64,000 nucleotides of DNA, taken from IMG/VR virus record IMGVR_UViG_3300032007_000001. One strand, given 5' to 3'. The stretch is from a virus. Its lineage: Duplodnaviria > Caudoviricetes. Below, piece after piece: positions 1 through 8,650 of this stretch. Under the pieces are notes generated by a model. That model was not told the origin of the DNA. It searched no databases and was given only the letters and a program-made list of their open reading frames with translations. Numbering within the stretch: position 1 is the stretch's first letter; each line of letters begins with the position of its first letter. Both the position numbers and the translations under genes were made by a program.

Positions 1-42
1 CCTCATTTTCCCCAACTTTTTTCCACATCTTTCCTTTCTGTA

Positions 43-74
43 AGGGACGGCAAAAAATGCCGTCCCTGTTTTTC
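43..74 (+). terminator. Intrinsic terminator hairpin
   Basis: Stem AGGGACGGCA / TGCCGTCCCT, A5 loop, followed by GTTTTTC. Confidence 0.8.
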
Positions 75-102
75 ATAAAATAAACAGAAAGGATGTGAAA
101 TT

Positions 103-348
103 TTGGAATTAAGAGAATTAACGTCACAAGAATTCATAATATTGCAAAACAAATTTCCTTCTTATGTAATATTAGCTGGTAGAACATTTTCAAATTTAAC
201 AGTAATATTAGTAATGGAAAATCAAGGATGCTTTCAAGTTTTCTACACAGAAAATAATTTCAAATCCTTCGATGTACATAAATATAGAACGTTAAAAGAT
301 GCATTTGAAGATTATGATAATGCATATGTCATGGAACAAAACTTCTAA
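103..348 (+). CDS. Hypothetical protein (81 aa)
   Basis: ORF with TTG start preceded by AAAGGATG RBS. Confidence 0.7.
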   Translation: MELRELTSQEFIILQNKFPSYVILAGRTFSNLTVILVMENQGCFQVFYTENNFKSFDVHKYRTLKDAFEDYDNAYVMEQNF

Positions 349-415
349 CGTCTCACCAGACATTGACAGAAGTGATTTCATAAATCATTAATATAGAAAT
401 ATATGGAGGAAAAAC

Positions 416-790
416 ATGAAACAAGAAATTACATTAGATGAATTCACATTAAAATTTTATGATACAGTAAATTCATTCAATCGTTCTACTATCTTAAATT
501 TTAATTTAACAATGGGGCATGATATCAATAAAGAAATCATATTAGCATCACAAGGAATTGAAACGCCAATAAAAGACCTAAAATCTATGCAAGAAGCATT
601 TGACATGATAATGACAATGCTTGGCATAGAATTTTGTAAGGTTGACGATTTGCAAAAATATTATGATTTCTTTGCTCCACACGTAAAAGAAATTCTATCG
701 AATTATTGTATAAGAATAAATTCTGATGAGGATATTTTGGATGTTAATCCATTGTACATAAGAACAAAATTTCTTGAACAAAATTCTTAA
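416..790 (+). CDS. Hypothetical protein (124 aa)
   Basis: GGAGGA RBS, ATG start, ends at bidirectional terminator. Confidence 0.8.
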   Translation: MKQEITLDEFTLKFYDTVNSFNRSTILNFNLTMGHDINKEIILASQGIETPIKDLKSMQEAFDMIMTMLGIEFCKVDDLQKYYDFFAPHVKEILSNYCIRINSDEDILDVNPLYIRTKFLEQNS

Positions 791-793
791 AGT

Positions 794-827
794 AAAAGAG
801 AGAACATTAAGTTCTCTCTATTTTTTT
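794..827. terminator. Bidirectional intrinsic terminator
   Basis: AGAGAGAAC / GTTCTCTCT stem flanked by A- and T-tracts between convergent genes. Confidence 0.8.
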
Positions 828-829
828 AA

Positions 830-1366
830 TTATGGATTTGTTGACGGATTTTCGTTATTTGATGGATTTGATGGATTTTGAGGGTCCTGTTGCTGATTAT
901 TATTGTCTGGTTCCTTTGGTTGTTCTGTTTGTTCTTCTTCAACTACATCTGGAATATCATAATTCTTTGTTGGAATTGGTCCACCAGAATAATTCATATT
1001 CTTCATTGCTGGAACTACTTCATCATCAGCTTCTTTTACAACAGCTGAACCAGAACTTAAAATAGCTGGATTTTCTTGTACTTTAGCAGTTAATGCTGTT
1101 GTGAATTCTGTAATCAATGCATTATATGCATCTATCTGCATTTTTGTTTTATCAAAATCGTCTTTCTTTGCTTGTTCTTTGAGCTTATCAATAAGTTTTT
1201 CAAACAAAGCATTAATTTCTCCAGAATAAGTCTTGCCAGAAACTTCAAATCCTTCATGAACAGCCTGTGGTTCAATTGTTTCTACTGGTTTTTTTGGACG
1301 ATTTGTAATATAATCCATATTTTCATCCATTACGAACTGGTCTGCTTTTGAATCTAAATTTATCAT
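830..1366 (-). CDS. Hypothetical protein with acidic, N/Q/P-rich low-complexity C-terminus (possible virion protein)
   Basis: ORF track gives 830..1462; start reassigned to ATG 1366 (MINLDSK) after GGAGGAGAAAGGA RBS. Confidence 0.75.
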   Translation of the reverse strand: MINLDSKADQFVMDENMDYITNRPKKPVETIEPQAVHEGFEVSGKTYSGEINALFEKLIDKLKEQAKKDDFDKTKMQIDAYNALITEFTTALTAKVQENPAILSSGSAVVKEADDEVVPAMKNMNYSGGPIPTKNYDIPDVVEEEQTEQPKEPDNNNQQQDPQNPSNPSNNENPSTNP

Positions 1367-1439
1367 ATCCTTTCTCCTCCGAAAAAATTTTCTACCTTCG
1401 TCTATTTTGTTTAAAATTGTCGAAGGTAGGTGGTACCAT

Positions 1440-1748
1440 GTGAAATATGTTATCAACACCAAACAAAGAATTTATGTTGATGAGAACAAAATAACAATAG
1501 TCATATACAGACGTTTTGCAATGACCATCAAAAAAGATACTTACACCATCATTTTAGAATTAGATGGTGATATCATATATAGAAAAAAATTTAGAAAAAA
1601 ATTCTTTGAATCTTTTAGAAAAGATGTTTCTATATTGTTAACTCAAATTTTTATTGAGCTGCTATTATTTGAATACCACGATGAAGTAATGGATATTTTA
1701 TCAAAAAATTGTTCGTATATCCAAAAGGCATTCGACCAATTTGTATAA
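1440..1748 (+). CDS. Hypothetical protein
   Basis: ORF track gives 1407..1748; likely GTG start at 1440 after AGGTAGGTGG RBS. Confidence 0.65.
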   Translation: MKYVINTKQRIYVDENKITIVIYRRFAMTIKKDTYTIILELDGDIIYRKKFRKKFFESFRKDVSILLTQIFIELLLFEYHDEVMDILSKNCSYIQKAFDQFV

Positions 1749-1776
1749 AAAAAGAGAGGATTTAATCCTCTCTTTT
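1748..1776. terminator. Bidirectional intrinsic terminator
   Basis: AAAAGAGAGGATT / AATCCTCTCTTTT inverted repeat between convergent genes. Confidence 0.8.
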
Positions 1777-1792
1777 CTATTTCTAATTTCCA

Positions 1793-2254
1793 TTAGAACA
1801 TATCTTCATGTTTCTTCAAATATTCAATAACTTCCTTGTCATCTGTTTTATATAACTGCATTGTACACATGAGACTTTGCACGAGAGCAGAATTTGAATA
1901 ATCAATTTTTTCATCATCGCTTGATTCTTCATCCAATGTTTGACCATTCAATTCTGGCATCAGCACACAGTCATGTAAATGATAGTCATTTTTAAGCAGT
2001 TCATATAATCCATTGAGAAATTGATTTGTTTTGCCAAGAGCCACAATATCATTTGTTTCGTTGTCATAATAAAATCTTACATTTGGATGTACCAACGTAA
2101 GACCGCATATCATATCTGCCAAAACAGAAGGATTTTCATACATATCATCATTCGTAATGATTTTGCCAAAAAAGAATCTATGTTTTCCTGAAGTCATAAA
2201 CTGCAAAAGCTCTTTTACTGTATGCATACCGTCTGCTGTTGTATAATCTCTCAT
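1793..2254 (-). CDS. Hypothetical protein
   Basis: ORF track gives 1793..2275; likely start MRDYTT (ATGA overlap with upstream stop) after AGGAGA RBS. Confidence 0.7.
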   Translation of the reverse strand: MRDYTTADGMHTVKELLQFMTSGKHRFFFGKIITNDDMYENPSVLADMICGLTLVHPNVRFYYDNETNDIVALGKTNQFLNGLYELLKNDYHLHDCVLMPELNGQTLDEESSDDEKIDYSNSALVQSLMCTMQLYKTDDKEVIEYLKKHEDMF

Positions 2255-2661
2255 TTTTCTTCTCCTTTCGTCCAATACCCATACATGGATTTATTACCAC
2301 AATCCCACATATCATAGAAATAACCATCTTCACAAGCTACAAGATGATTAGCTACGACCATAACAGTTTTCTGTTTATGTTGATGAGCAAATTGTTTTAC
2401 TATGGGACGTTTTGTTCCTTTTTTATTGCTTACACCAGTATAAACAAACCCCATATCTCTCAAAACTGCTTCATACACCGGTTTATCATCCGGCATATCT
2501 TGAAGTTCTCTTCCTTTTTTAACAAGAAGGTCATACGTTTCAAGCCAAGATTTGTCAAACGCTTTACAAAGTGCTCTTACTACACAATCTCCATAATTGT
2601 CTCTAATATCTTTTTCATTCGGTTGAAAGTACTTGAAATTCCTCGATTTATTTCCAATCAA
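2251..2661 (-). CDS. Conserved phage protein with papain-like Cys/His/Asp motifs (possible peptidase)
   Basis: GDCVVRAL ... HLVAC.DG..YD.WD pattern; AAAGGATGTGGG RBS; sigmaA promoter upstream. Confidence 0.55.
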   Translation of the reverse strand: MIGNKSRNFKYFQPNEKDIRDNYGDCVVRALCKAFDKSWLETYDLLVKKGRELQDMPDDKPVYEAVLRDMGFVYTGVSNKKGTKRPIVKQFAHQHKQKTVMVVANHLVACEDGYFYDMWDCGNKSMYGYWTKGEEK

Positions 2662-2686
2662 TTATCCCACATCCTTTCTTTTTTAT

Positions 2687-2715
2687 ATTATACCATACTT
2701 TTCAATAAATGTACA
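2687..2715 (-). promoter_or_regulatory. SigmaA-type (early) promoter
   Basis: TGTACA-17bp-TATAAT with TG extended -10 on minus strand. Confidence 0.7.
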
Positions 2716-2769
2716 CTACCTATTTACAATCAAAACTAAACAAAAATTAAAAAATAAATAGAATAATTT

Positions 2770-3489
2770 ATGATGAATAAATATATTGAAGAAAACAAAG
2801 AATATGTAAATAATTTATACGGCAATCTTGGAAAAGATGGCAGAGAATATCTCAAAAAACGCGGTATTACTGTGCCTACTGCTAAGTTTTGGGAACTTGG
2901 CTTTTCTCCAAGAAATTTCATTCCAGAAATATATAAAAATGATACAAACTTTATGTATAAAAAAATGAACGGAAGAGTAACAATTCCAGTATATGATAGC
3001 AATGGTGTATTGATTGGAATTTCTGGAAGAAGCGTATATGACGATATTAAGCCTAAATATATGCATTATGTTTTTCCAACAAGAAGCACTTTATTTGGCC
3101 TTTGGCAAAATCAAAAAGATGTAATAAGAGAAAATGCTATTGTATTCGCCGAAGGACAATTTGATATTATTACAGCTTGGCAAAATGGATTGCGTATAGC
3201 TGTTTGTACTTTTGGTGCTCATTGTTCTGAAACGCAATTCGCTATAGCTTCAAGATATACAAATAGAATAAACATTTTATATGATAAAGATGAAGCTGGA
3301 GAACTTGGAACACAAAAAGCATTAAAAATAAATACTTACGGAAAAGTAAAAGTAAAATCTATTGGTTATTTAATGTTAAAAGATGATGATTTAGATTCTT
3401 GGATTCAAAGGAACAGTTATCAAAAAATATTAAATGCAATTAATTTCTCTAAAATTGATTATGTAAAGAGTAAACTATCTAAAATTTAA
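2770..3489 (+). CDS. dnaG: DnaG-type DNA primase core (catalytic N-terminal subdomain + TOPRIM, no Zn finger)
   Basis: YLKKRGI, GRVTIPV.D..G..IG.SGR, PKY, LFGL, TOPRIM EGQFD and YDKDEAG motifs. Confidence 0.9.
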   Translation: MMNKYIEENKEYVNNLYGNLGKDGREYLKKRGITVPTAKFWELGFSPRNFIPEIYKNDTNFMYKKMNGRVTIPVYDSNGVLIGISGRSVYDDIKPKYMHYVFPTRSTLFGLWQNQKDVIRENAIVFAEGQFDIITAWQNGLRIAVCTFGAHCSETQFAIASRYTNRINILYDKDEAGELGTQKALKINTYGKVKVKSIGYLMLKDDDLDSWIQRNSYQKILNAINFSKIDYVKSKLSKI

Positions 3490-3544
3490 TGCTAACACTA
3501 TTTTATATTTGTAAGGATTAACTTAAACAGGTGGTTTTGTATAG

Positions 3545-4966
3545 ATGATAAAGAATTATGTGTTAGACACCAATGTCCTGTTACAGAATCCCAATGCATT
3601 ATTTGCATTTGAGGAACATAATGTAATCTTACCTGAAGTTGTTATAGAAGAATTAGACAATTTCAAAAAAGGACATAGCGAAATCAATGTCAACGCAAGA
3701 GAAGTAGCAAGAAAATTATGTGCTCTCAGACAAAAAGCTGAAAAAAGTTTATTTGAAGGAGTACAACTTGACAATGGAGGAATGCTTTACATAAAAAACC
3801 CATTCAAACAAGGTGAATCTTTTGTTCCCAAAGGATGGGAAGATAAAAAACGAGACAACGACATATTAAATACCTGTTTAACACTTCAAAAAGAAACAAA
3901 TGAAGTAGTTATTTTAGTTACCCAAGACATATACTTAGGAATCAAAGCTGATTATTTACAAATCAAAAACGAACAATTCAGAACTGATTCTGTAAAAAAT
4001 ATAGATGAACAATATCAAGGTTACATAGATTTATGCGTATATGAAGATGATTTCGAAGAATTTGTAAAAAATAAAACCATTGACATTTCAAAAGCTTTCC
4101 TTATAGAAGGAGAAAACGAATACAAAGAAGTTTACGATTTTGAAAAATATCCAAACGAGTTTGTTATATTACATTGTGCAAATAATTATTTGAAAAAAAC
4201 AATACTTGGAAAGATTTCAAAGGATAAAAGAAGTATTGTAAGACTTCAATATGAAAATGCGCATCCATTTGGTATAACACCAAAAAATACAATGCAATAT
4301 TTCATGCAAGAAGCTTTAATGGCACCAGTAAAAGATATTCCATTGGTATTAATAAAAGGACCAGCTGGTACTGCTAAAACGTTCTTCACAATGGCCATTA
4401 TATTGGAAAGATTATATGAAGGTAACAATCCTGATAATTTCAGAAAAGCATTGATTTGTCGTCCAAATCAATTAATGGAAGACGATTTAGGATATTTACC
4501 AGGTACAGAACAAGAAAAAATTGACCCATTAATGCGTTGTATATTTGACGCAATGGAAATATTGGTAGACAGCAATAAAGAAGAAAGATATAAGAATGAA
4601 AAAGAATTGCAAGGAAAAATTAACGATATTTTAGATAGAAATATTATTGATATGCAAGCAATAGGTTATTTAAGAGGCAGAAGCGTATCTGCTAGCATAT
4701 TGTTTGCAGATGAAATCCAAAATAGTAGTCCAAACACAGCAAAATCAATTATAACAAGAGCTGGCGAAGGAACTAAAATCATTATGTGTGGTGACCCAAA
4801 TCAAATAGATAATCAATATCTGGATTCACGTACAAATGGTATTAGCTATGCAATAGAAAAAATGAAAGATTCTCCATTATGCGCTGTTATTACAACGTCA
4901 GAAAAAGACGCAAGCCGTTCCGAACTTGTAAAAGATGCAAATATGAGATTCAACAGAAAGGATTGA
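3545..4966 (+). CDS. phoH: PIN-domain PhoH-family ATPase (PhoH2/YlaK-like)
   Basis: N-terminal PIN YVLDTNVLL..EELD..K; P-loop GPAGTAKT; LGYLPG; YLRGRS; DEIQN; TRAGEGTK; GDPNQID. Confidence 0.95.
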   Translation: MIKNYVLDTNVLLQNPNALFAFEEHNVILPEVVIEELDNFKKGHSEINVNAREVARKLCALRQKAEKSLFEGVQLDNGGMLYIKNPFKQGESFVPKGWEDKKRDNDILNTCLTLQKETNEVVILVTQDIYLGIKADYLQIKNEQFRTDSVKNIDEQYQGYIDLCVYEDDFEEFVKNKTIDISKAFLIEGENEYKEVYDFEKYPNEFVILHCANNYLKKTILGKISKDKRSIVRLQYENAHPFGITPKNTMQYFMQEALMAPVKDIPLVLIKGPAGTAKTFFTMAIILERLYEGNNPDNFRKALICRPNQLMEDDLGYLPGTEQEKIDPLMRCIFDAMEILVDSNKEERYKNEKELQGKINDILDRNIIDMQAIGYLRGRSVSASILFADEIQNSSPNTAKSIITRAGEGTKIIMCGDPNQIDNQYLDSRTNGISYAIEKMKDSPLCAVITTSEKDASRSELVKDANMRFNRKD

Positions 4967-5322
4967 AAAATTTGGAAAACGAAGATTTAGTCAATGACGT
5001 AGATATAACAAAACGTTATGATAATGAATGGGAAGACATATATCATATTAAAATTATTGACAGCGATTACATTAATAATTCCAAATTGGACGAATTTGAG
5101 TGGTGCTATTTCTTAATGAATAGTACAAAGTATCAATTGATACCAAATTATTCAAAACATAAGGATTTAGATTACTCAATTCCTGAAGAAATGGAAACAA
5201 GAGCAATGAAAATAAATAGAGATATTTTCTCCACAGCAGATAAACATGAGAAAAAAATATTGGAAGAAAAAAGAGGGTATATGCCAACCAAATATATCTT
5301 AAATTATAGATGTAAACAATAA
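4963..5322 (+). CDS. Hypothetical protein
   Basis: ORF track gives 4879..5322; likely TTG start at 4963 or 4972 after AGAAAGGA, coupled to the phoH stop. Confidence 0.65.
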   Translation: MKNLENEDLVNDVDITKRYDNEWEDIYHIKIIDSDYINNSKLDEFEWCYFLMNSTKYQLIPNYSKHKDLDYSIPEEMETRAMKINRDIFSTADKHEKKILEEKRGYMPTKYILNYRCKQ

Positions 5323-5333
5323 TCGGTGATAGT

Positions 5334-7586
5334 ATGACTATTAATTTCAATGATATAATTAACTATGGTAATGCAAAATTCAAAGTAGTAAAAATAGCTA
5401 CAAGCAACGATATAGAAACAATTAATAATAAAATAAATTCTATTGATAAAAACAGAAAAAATTCTACAGTTTATTCAATAAATGATATTGCATTTTCACC
5501 GAGTTTACCGTCCTATTTGGTTCTGCTTTGTTCAGAAGGTGGAACGACCGCAGCAACCGAACCTGACTTCTCCGAAGCGGAGGAAAATGAAACGGTTACT
5601 GACGGCACGGTTGTCTGGACGTACAAGAACATTCTTAGCGACAATGGTGGTGGCGGTGTCCCATTAGCTGCAATCATTCCTTGGGTGGATGACGTAAATA
5701 CTGTACCAGCGGGATTCTTGCTGTGCGACGGTAGTGCCGTATCGCGTACTGCGTATCCCGATTTGTTTGGAGCTATTGGCATGAAGTACGGTGCTGGCGA
5801 CGGCTCTACAACGTTCAATGTTCCCGATTTGACTGATGCCGCAATCCTCAATGGTAGCTACGACAAGACAACGTTCACGACAGCTGGTTCTGCTACGTTT
5901 ACTGCACCGAAAGATGGGTATTACAAAATTACTGTAAAAGGTGCAGGCGGTGGCGGTGGCGGAAGCTATGGGTCTGGTTCAAGTTATTCCTATTCCGGCG
6001 GGGGCGGTGGCGAAGGGGGCATGACGTTTGCGTTGGAACATCTTAGCACTGGCGATACAGTTTCTGTAGTCGTAGGAGCAGGAGGAGCAGGAGGCGCAGG
6101 AAACGCAAACGGGTCAGACGGCGGAGATACAACGGCAACAGTTAACCTTAATACCTATACTGCTGGCGGCGGTAAGGGTGGATTTAGGTTTAGTGGTACG
6201 ACTGGAGAAAGCGGCGGTGGTGGAGGGACTGGAACTATTGCGGGCGCAGCTGGAGGCGTTCCCCACATATATCAAGGGAATAGTTCGGCCGGAGAATCGG
6301 GTGGAGGTGCTGGCGGCGGTGCTGGTATAGTTAATGTAGCTGGCAAAAACGGAACGAAAGGCGGCGGTGGTAGCGGTGGTGGTGGTACTTATACTTCTAG
6401 CGCTAAAGGCGGTGGCAACGGCGGCGACGGTTATGTGTGGATAGAGTACATCGGCACGGCTTCGCAGTATCTCATCAAATATACTTCGACTGTCGTTGAT
6501 TCTGAGGTTTCTGCGGCAACCTCTGCAAGCGAGGCTAAAGCAGCGGCGCAAGCTGCTGAATCTTACGCTGGCTCTGCGGGAATCCCTGTCGGTACGCTGT
6601 TCCCCTATGCCGCTGACACGCAGACACCGCCCACGGGCTTCCTGTTCTGCAACGGGCAAGCGGTTTCGCGGACTATGTACGCTGATTTGTTTAGTGTGCT
6701 TAGTACGACATGGGGCGCGGGTGACGGCTCCACGACGTTCAATCTGCCACGTTCGGAAGATTTGGTGCTTCAGGGCGCGGGCGCGACGAATCCTGTGGGA
6801 ACGTATAAGAGCGCAGGGTTGCCGAATATCGAGGGCAGTCTGCACTCTAGTTCATCGCTTTGGATTGTAAACATGCCTCCTGCTGGAAGCACAGAAAGTG
6901 GAGCGCTTTCTGTTACAAGAGGTAGCGTGAAGGACTTTTCGGGTACGTCAAGCACGGTAAACTGGCCAACAGACTTAAATTTTGATGCTTCTCAGGCAAA
7001 CGCCATATACGGCGCGTCTGATACCGTCCAGCCCCCTGCGGCTTGCGTGAAATTCATCATCAAAGCCTACGACGGCGTAACGCCGACGAGCGCAGGGATT
7101 GATTTGTCGCAGTATGCTTCTGATTTGAGTAATAAGGCTGACCGTAGCTTGTCGAATCTCGACGGAAATGGCGAGCAGAAGCTAACAGACACGATGGAAA
7201 GCGTTGTGTATGAAGACGGATTTGCCATTATCTATCTGAACGGCGGGAGTGAAAGCATCCCTGCAAATATTGTGATAAACAGCAGATACGTTGAAGCTAA
7301 TCCGTTCCCGGGGTATTTAGTCGGGTGCTGTGCAGAGGTTCAAGTTAACGATGAGTGGGGAAACCCGGGTTGGTGTTCCTATAGCACAAACGCGCAGGCT
7401 GTCGGAGTTGTTGCGAATCAGCTTGACGACAACTCGATTGTTGTGCAAACAGGAGCGGCAAATCAATACCTTGTATTTCCAAGCGAGAATGCGGGAAATC
7501 CATTTGGACTAACTACTGCAATAACAGGGCCGCTACCATGCCGCGTAAAGGTTTGGAAAGTCGGAAAGGTGGCGAATAACGCATGA
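5334..7586 (+). CDS. Tail fibre protein with two tail-collar domains and a glycine-rich domain
   Basis: Two collar motifs (PAGFLLCDGSAVSRTAYPDLF..IG..YGAGDGSTTFNVP; PTGFLFCNGQAVSRTMYADLF..WGAGDGSTTFNLP); Gly-rich GAGGGGG..GGNGGDG region; IYGASDTVQPPA; GC-rich. Confidence 0.9.
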   Translation: MTINFNDIINYGNAKFKVVKIATSNDIETINNKINSIDKNRKNSTVYSINDIAFSPSLPSYLVLLCSEGGTTAATEPDFSEAEENETVTDGTVVWTYKNILSDNGGGGVPLAAIIPWVDDVNTVPAGFLLCDGSAVSRTAYPDLFGAIGMKYGAGDGSTTFNVPDLTDAAILNGSYDKTTFTTAGSATFTAPKDGYYKITVKGAGGGGGGSYGSGSSYSYSGGGGGEGGMTFALEHLSTGDTVSVVVGAGGAGGAGNANGSDGGDTTATVNLNTYTAGGGKGGFRFSGTTGESGGGGGTGTIAGAAGGVPHIYQGNSSAGESGGGAGGGAGIVNVAGKNGTKGGGGSGGGGTYTSSAKGGGNGGDGYVWIEYIGTASQYLIKYTSTVVDSEVSAATSASEAKAAAQAAESYAGSAGIPVGTLFPYAADTQTPPTGFLFCNGQAVSRTMYADLFSVLSTTWGAGDGSTTFNLPRSEDLVLQGAGATNPVGTYKSAGLPNIEGSLHSSSSLWIVNMPPAGSTESGALSVTRGSVKDFSGTSSTVNWPTDLNFDASQANAIYGASDTVQPPAACVKFIIKAYDGVTPTSAGIDLSQYASDLSNKADRSLSNLDGNGEQKLTDTMESVVYEDGFAIIYLNGGSESIPANIVINSRYVEANPFPGYLVGCCAEVQVNDEWGNPGWCSYSTNAQAVGVVANQLDDNSIVVQTGAANQYLVFPSENAGNPFGLTTAITGPLPCRVKVWKVGKVANNA

Positions 7587-7684
7587 AAATCTACGCAGTA
7601 GTTGGAACAGCACGGCAAACTATCATCGTGTGCAACGTGCGGTACAATCCGCAAGAGAACGAAGTTCTAACGCATAACTACTAA
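7583..7684 (+). pseudogene. Short (33 aa) probable remnant of a tail-fibre assembly/partner gene
   Basis: ATGA-coupled to fibre stop, GAAAGGTGG RBS, MKIYAVVGTARQTIIVCNVRYNPQENEVLTHNY*; stops where GC-rich DNA returns to AT-rich. Confidence 0.5.
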
Positions 7685-7713
7685 GCAAAGAACAATAAAA
7701 ATAAATATAAAAC

Positions 7714-7755
7714 GAAGATGGACCGATATACCATTAAGCATATCGGTCCATCTTT
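7714..7755. terminator. Long hairpin terminator
   Basis: AAGATGGACCGATAT / ATATCGGTCCATCTT 15-bp stem. Confidence 0.8.
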
Positions 7756-7859
7756 CAATTAGAGAGGAGGCTTTCAAATAGTCGAGAGTGTAAAAGGAGG
7801 ATTATTATGTTTACAAATGGGGAAAAAAGATGTTTGGAGGTTTCCATTAGATAAATACA

Positions 7860-8351
7860 CTAAAATCTGTCATCATATTCCTGGTCTGCTTTATAATAAA
7901 AATATTCTATTTCATCTGCTTTTCTGCATTCGTCTGGATAATTTTCTCTTAAATAATCTATCATATCTTCTTCCATTTTTGAAAAAGATTTTTCTACATT
8001 ATCGGTATATCCATTTTCAAGAATAAATTCTTTAATTGTCTTGCAACCGAATTGTTCTAATATTTTTTCAATTTGTTCATCATTTAATTCATCTAAACCA
8101 GTCGCTTCACACATATATTCATATACATATGAATCGGAAAAATCATCCATATAATCTTCATATAACTCTGCAATTTCTTTTTTGGGTTTACAATATTCCC
8201 AATCAATTAAATCATGGTCATCATAATACTCTTCTGCAAAATGTTCTGCGCCATGTTCGTATTCTTTCTGAGCTGCTTCTACTAATTTTTGTTTATCTAT
8301 TTTTTTAATTAATTCATTAAAATTTGCATCTGCTTTTTTCAAACGCTTCAT
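7860..8351 (-). CDS. Highly acidic protein with MKRLKKA leader (candidate internal head protein)
   Basis: AAGGTGG RBS; basic N-terminal leader, D/E/Y-rich body. Confidence 0.75.
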   Translation of the reverse strand: MKRLKKADANFNELIKKIDKQKLVEAAQKEYEHGAEHFAEEYYDDHDLIDWEYCKPKKEIAELYEDYMDDFSDSYVYEYMCEATGLDELNDEQIEKILEQFGCKTIKEFILENGYTDNVEKSFSKMEEDMIDYLRENYPDECRKADEIEYFYYKADQEYDDRF

Positions 8352-8363
8352 ATTCTAACCACC

Positions 8364-8609
8364 TTAAAGAATTTCAAATACTTTATCATTAAAAACCTTA
8401 TATGACGAACCGCAATTCTGACAGTATATAATTCCTTCTTTTGTTTTAAGCGGTTCATATCCACATTCTACACATTTTCGTTCAGATTTTATAGATGCTG
8501 AATCCAATTCATTCAATTGTATCATATCTTCAGCTTCATTATGTGTAAGTTCAACATTAACGTAATTTTTTTCACCTGGTATCGTTGCCTTTTTAATTAA
8601 ATGTTTCAT
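8364..8609 (-). CDS. Zn-ribbon protein with MKHLIKKA leader
   Basis: CVECG...CQNCG Zn ribbon; shared leader. Confidence 0.75.
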   Translation of the reverse strand: MKHLIKKATIPGEKNYVNVELTHNEAEDMIQLNELDSASIKSERKCVECGYEPLKTKEGIIYCQNCGSSYKVFNDKVFEIL

Positions 8610-8650
8610 AACATCATTCCATTTATTTTTATTCTCTAAACAAAATAAAA

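Noticed and set aside
363-395. TTGACA as a sigmaA -35 element
   Set aside because: No convincing -10 hexamer at 16-18 bp spacing
5482-7654. Long alternative-frame and antisense ORFs within the tail fibre (e.g. 6114..6845)
   Set aside because: Expected by-product of GC-rich, Gly/Ala-rich coding DNA; no RBS or recognisable product
7817-8308. Plus-strand ORFs 7817..8026 and 8036..8308
   Set aside because: Antisense to the better-supported 7860..8351 gene and lacking a properly spaced RBS
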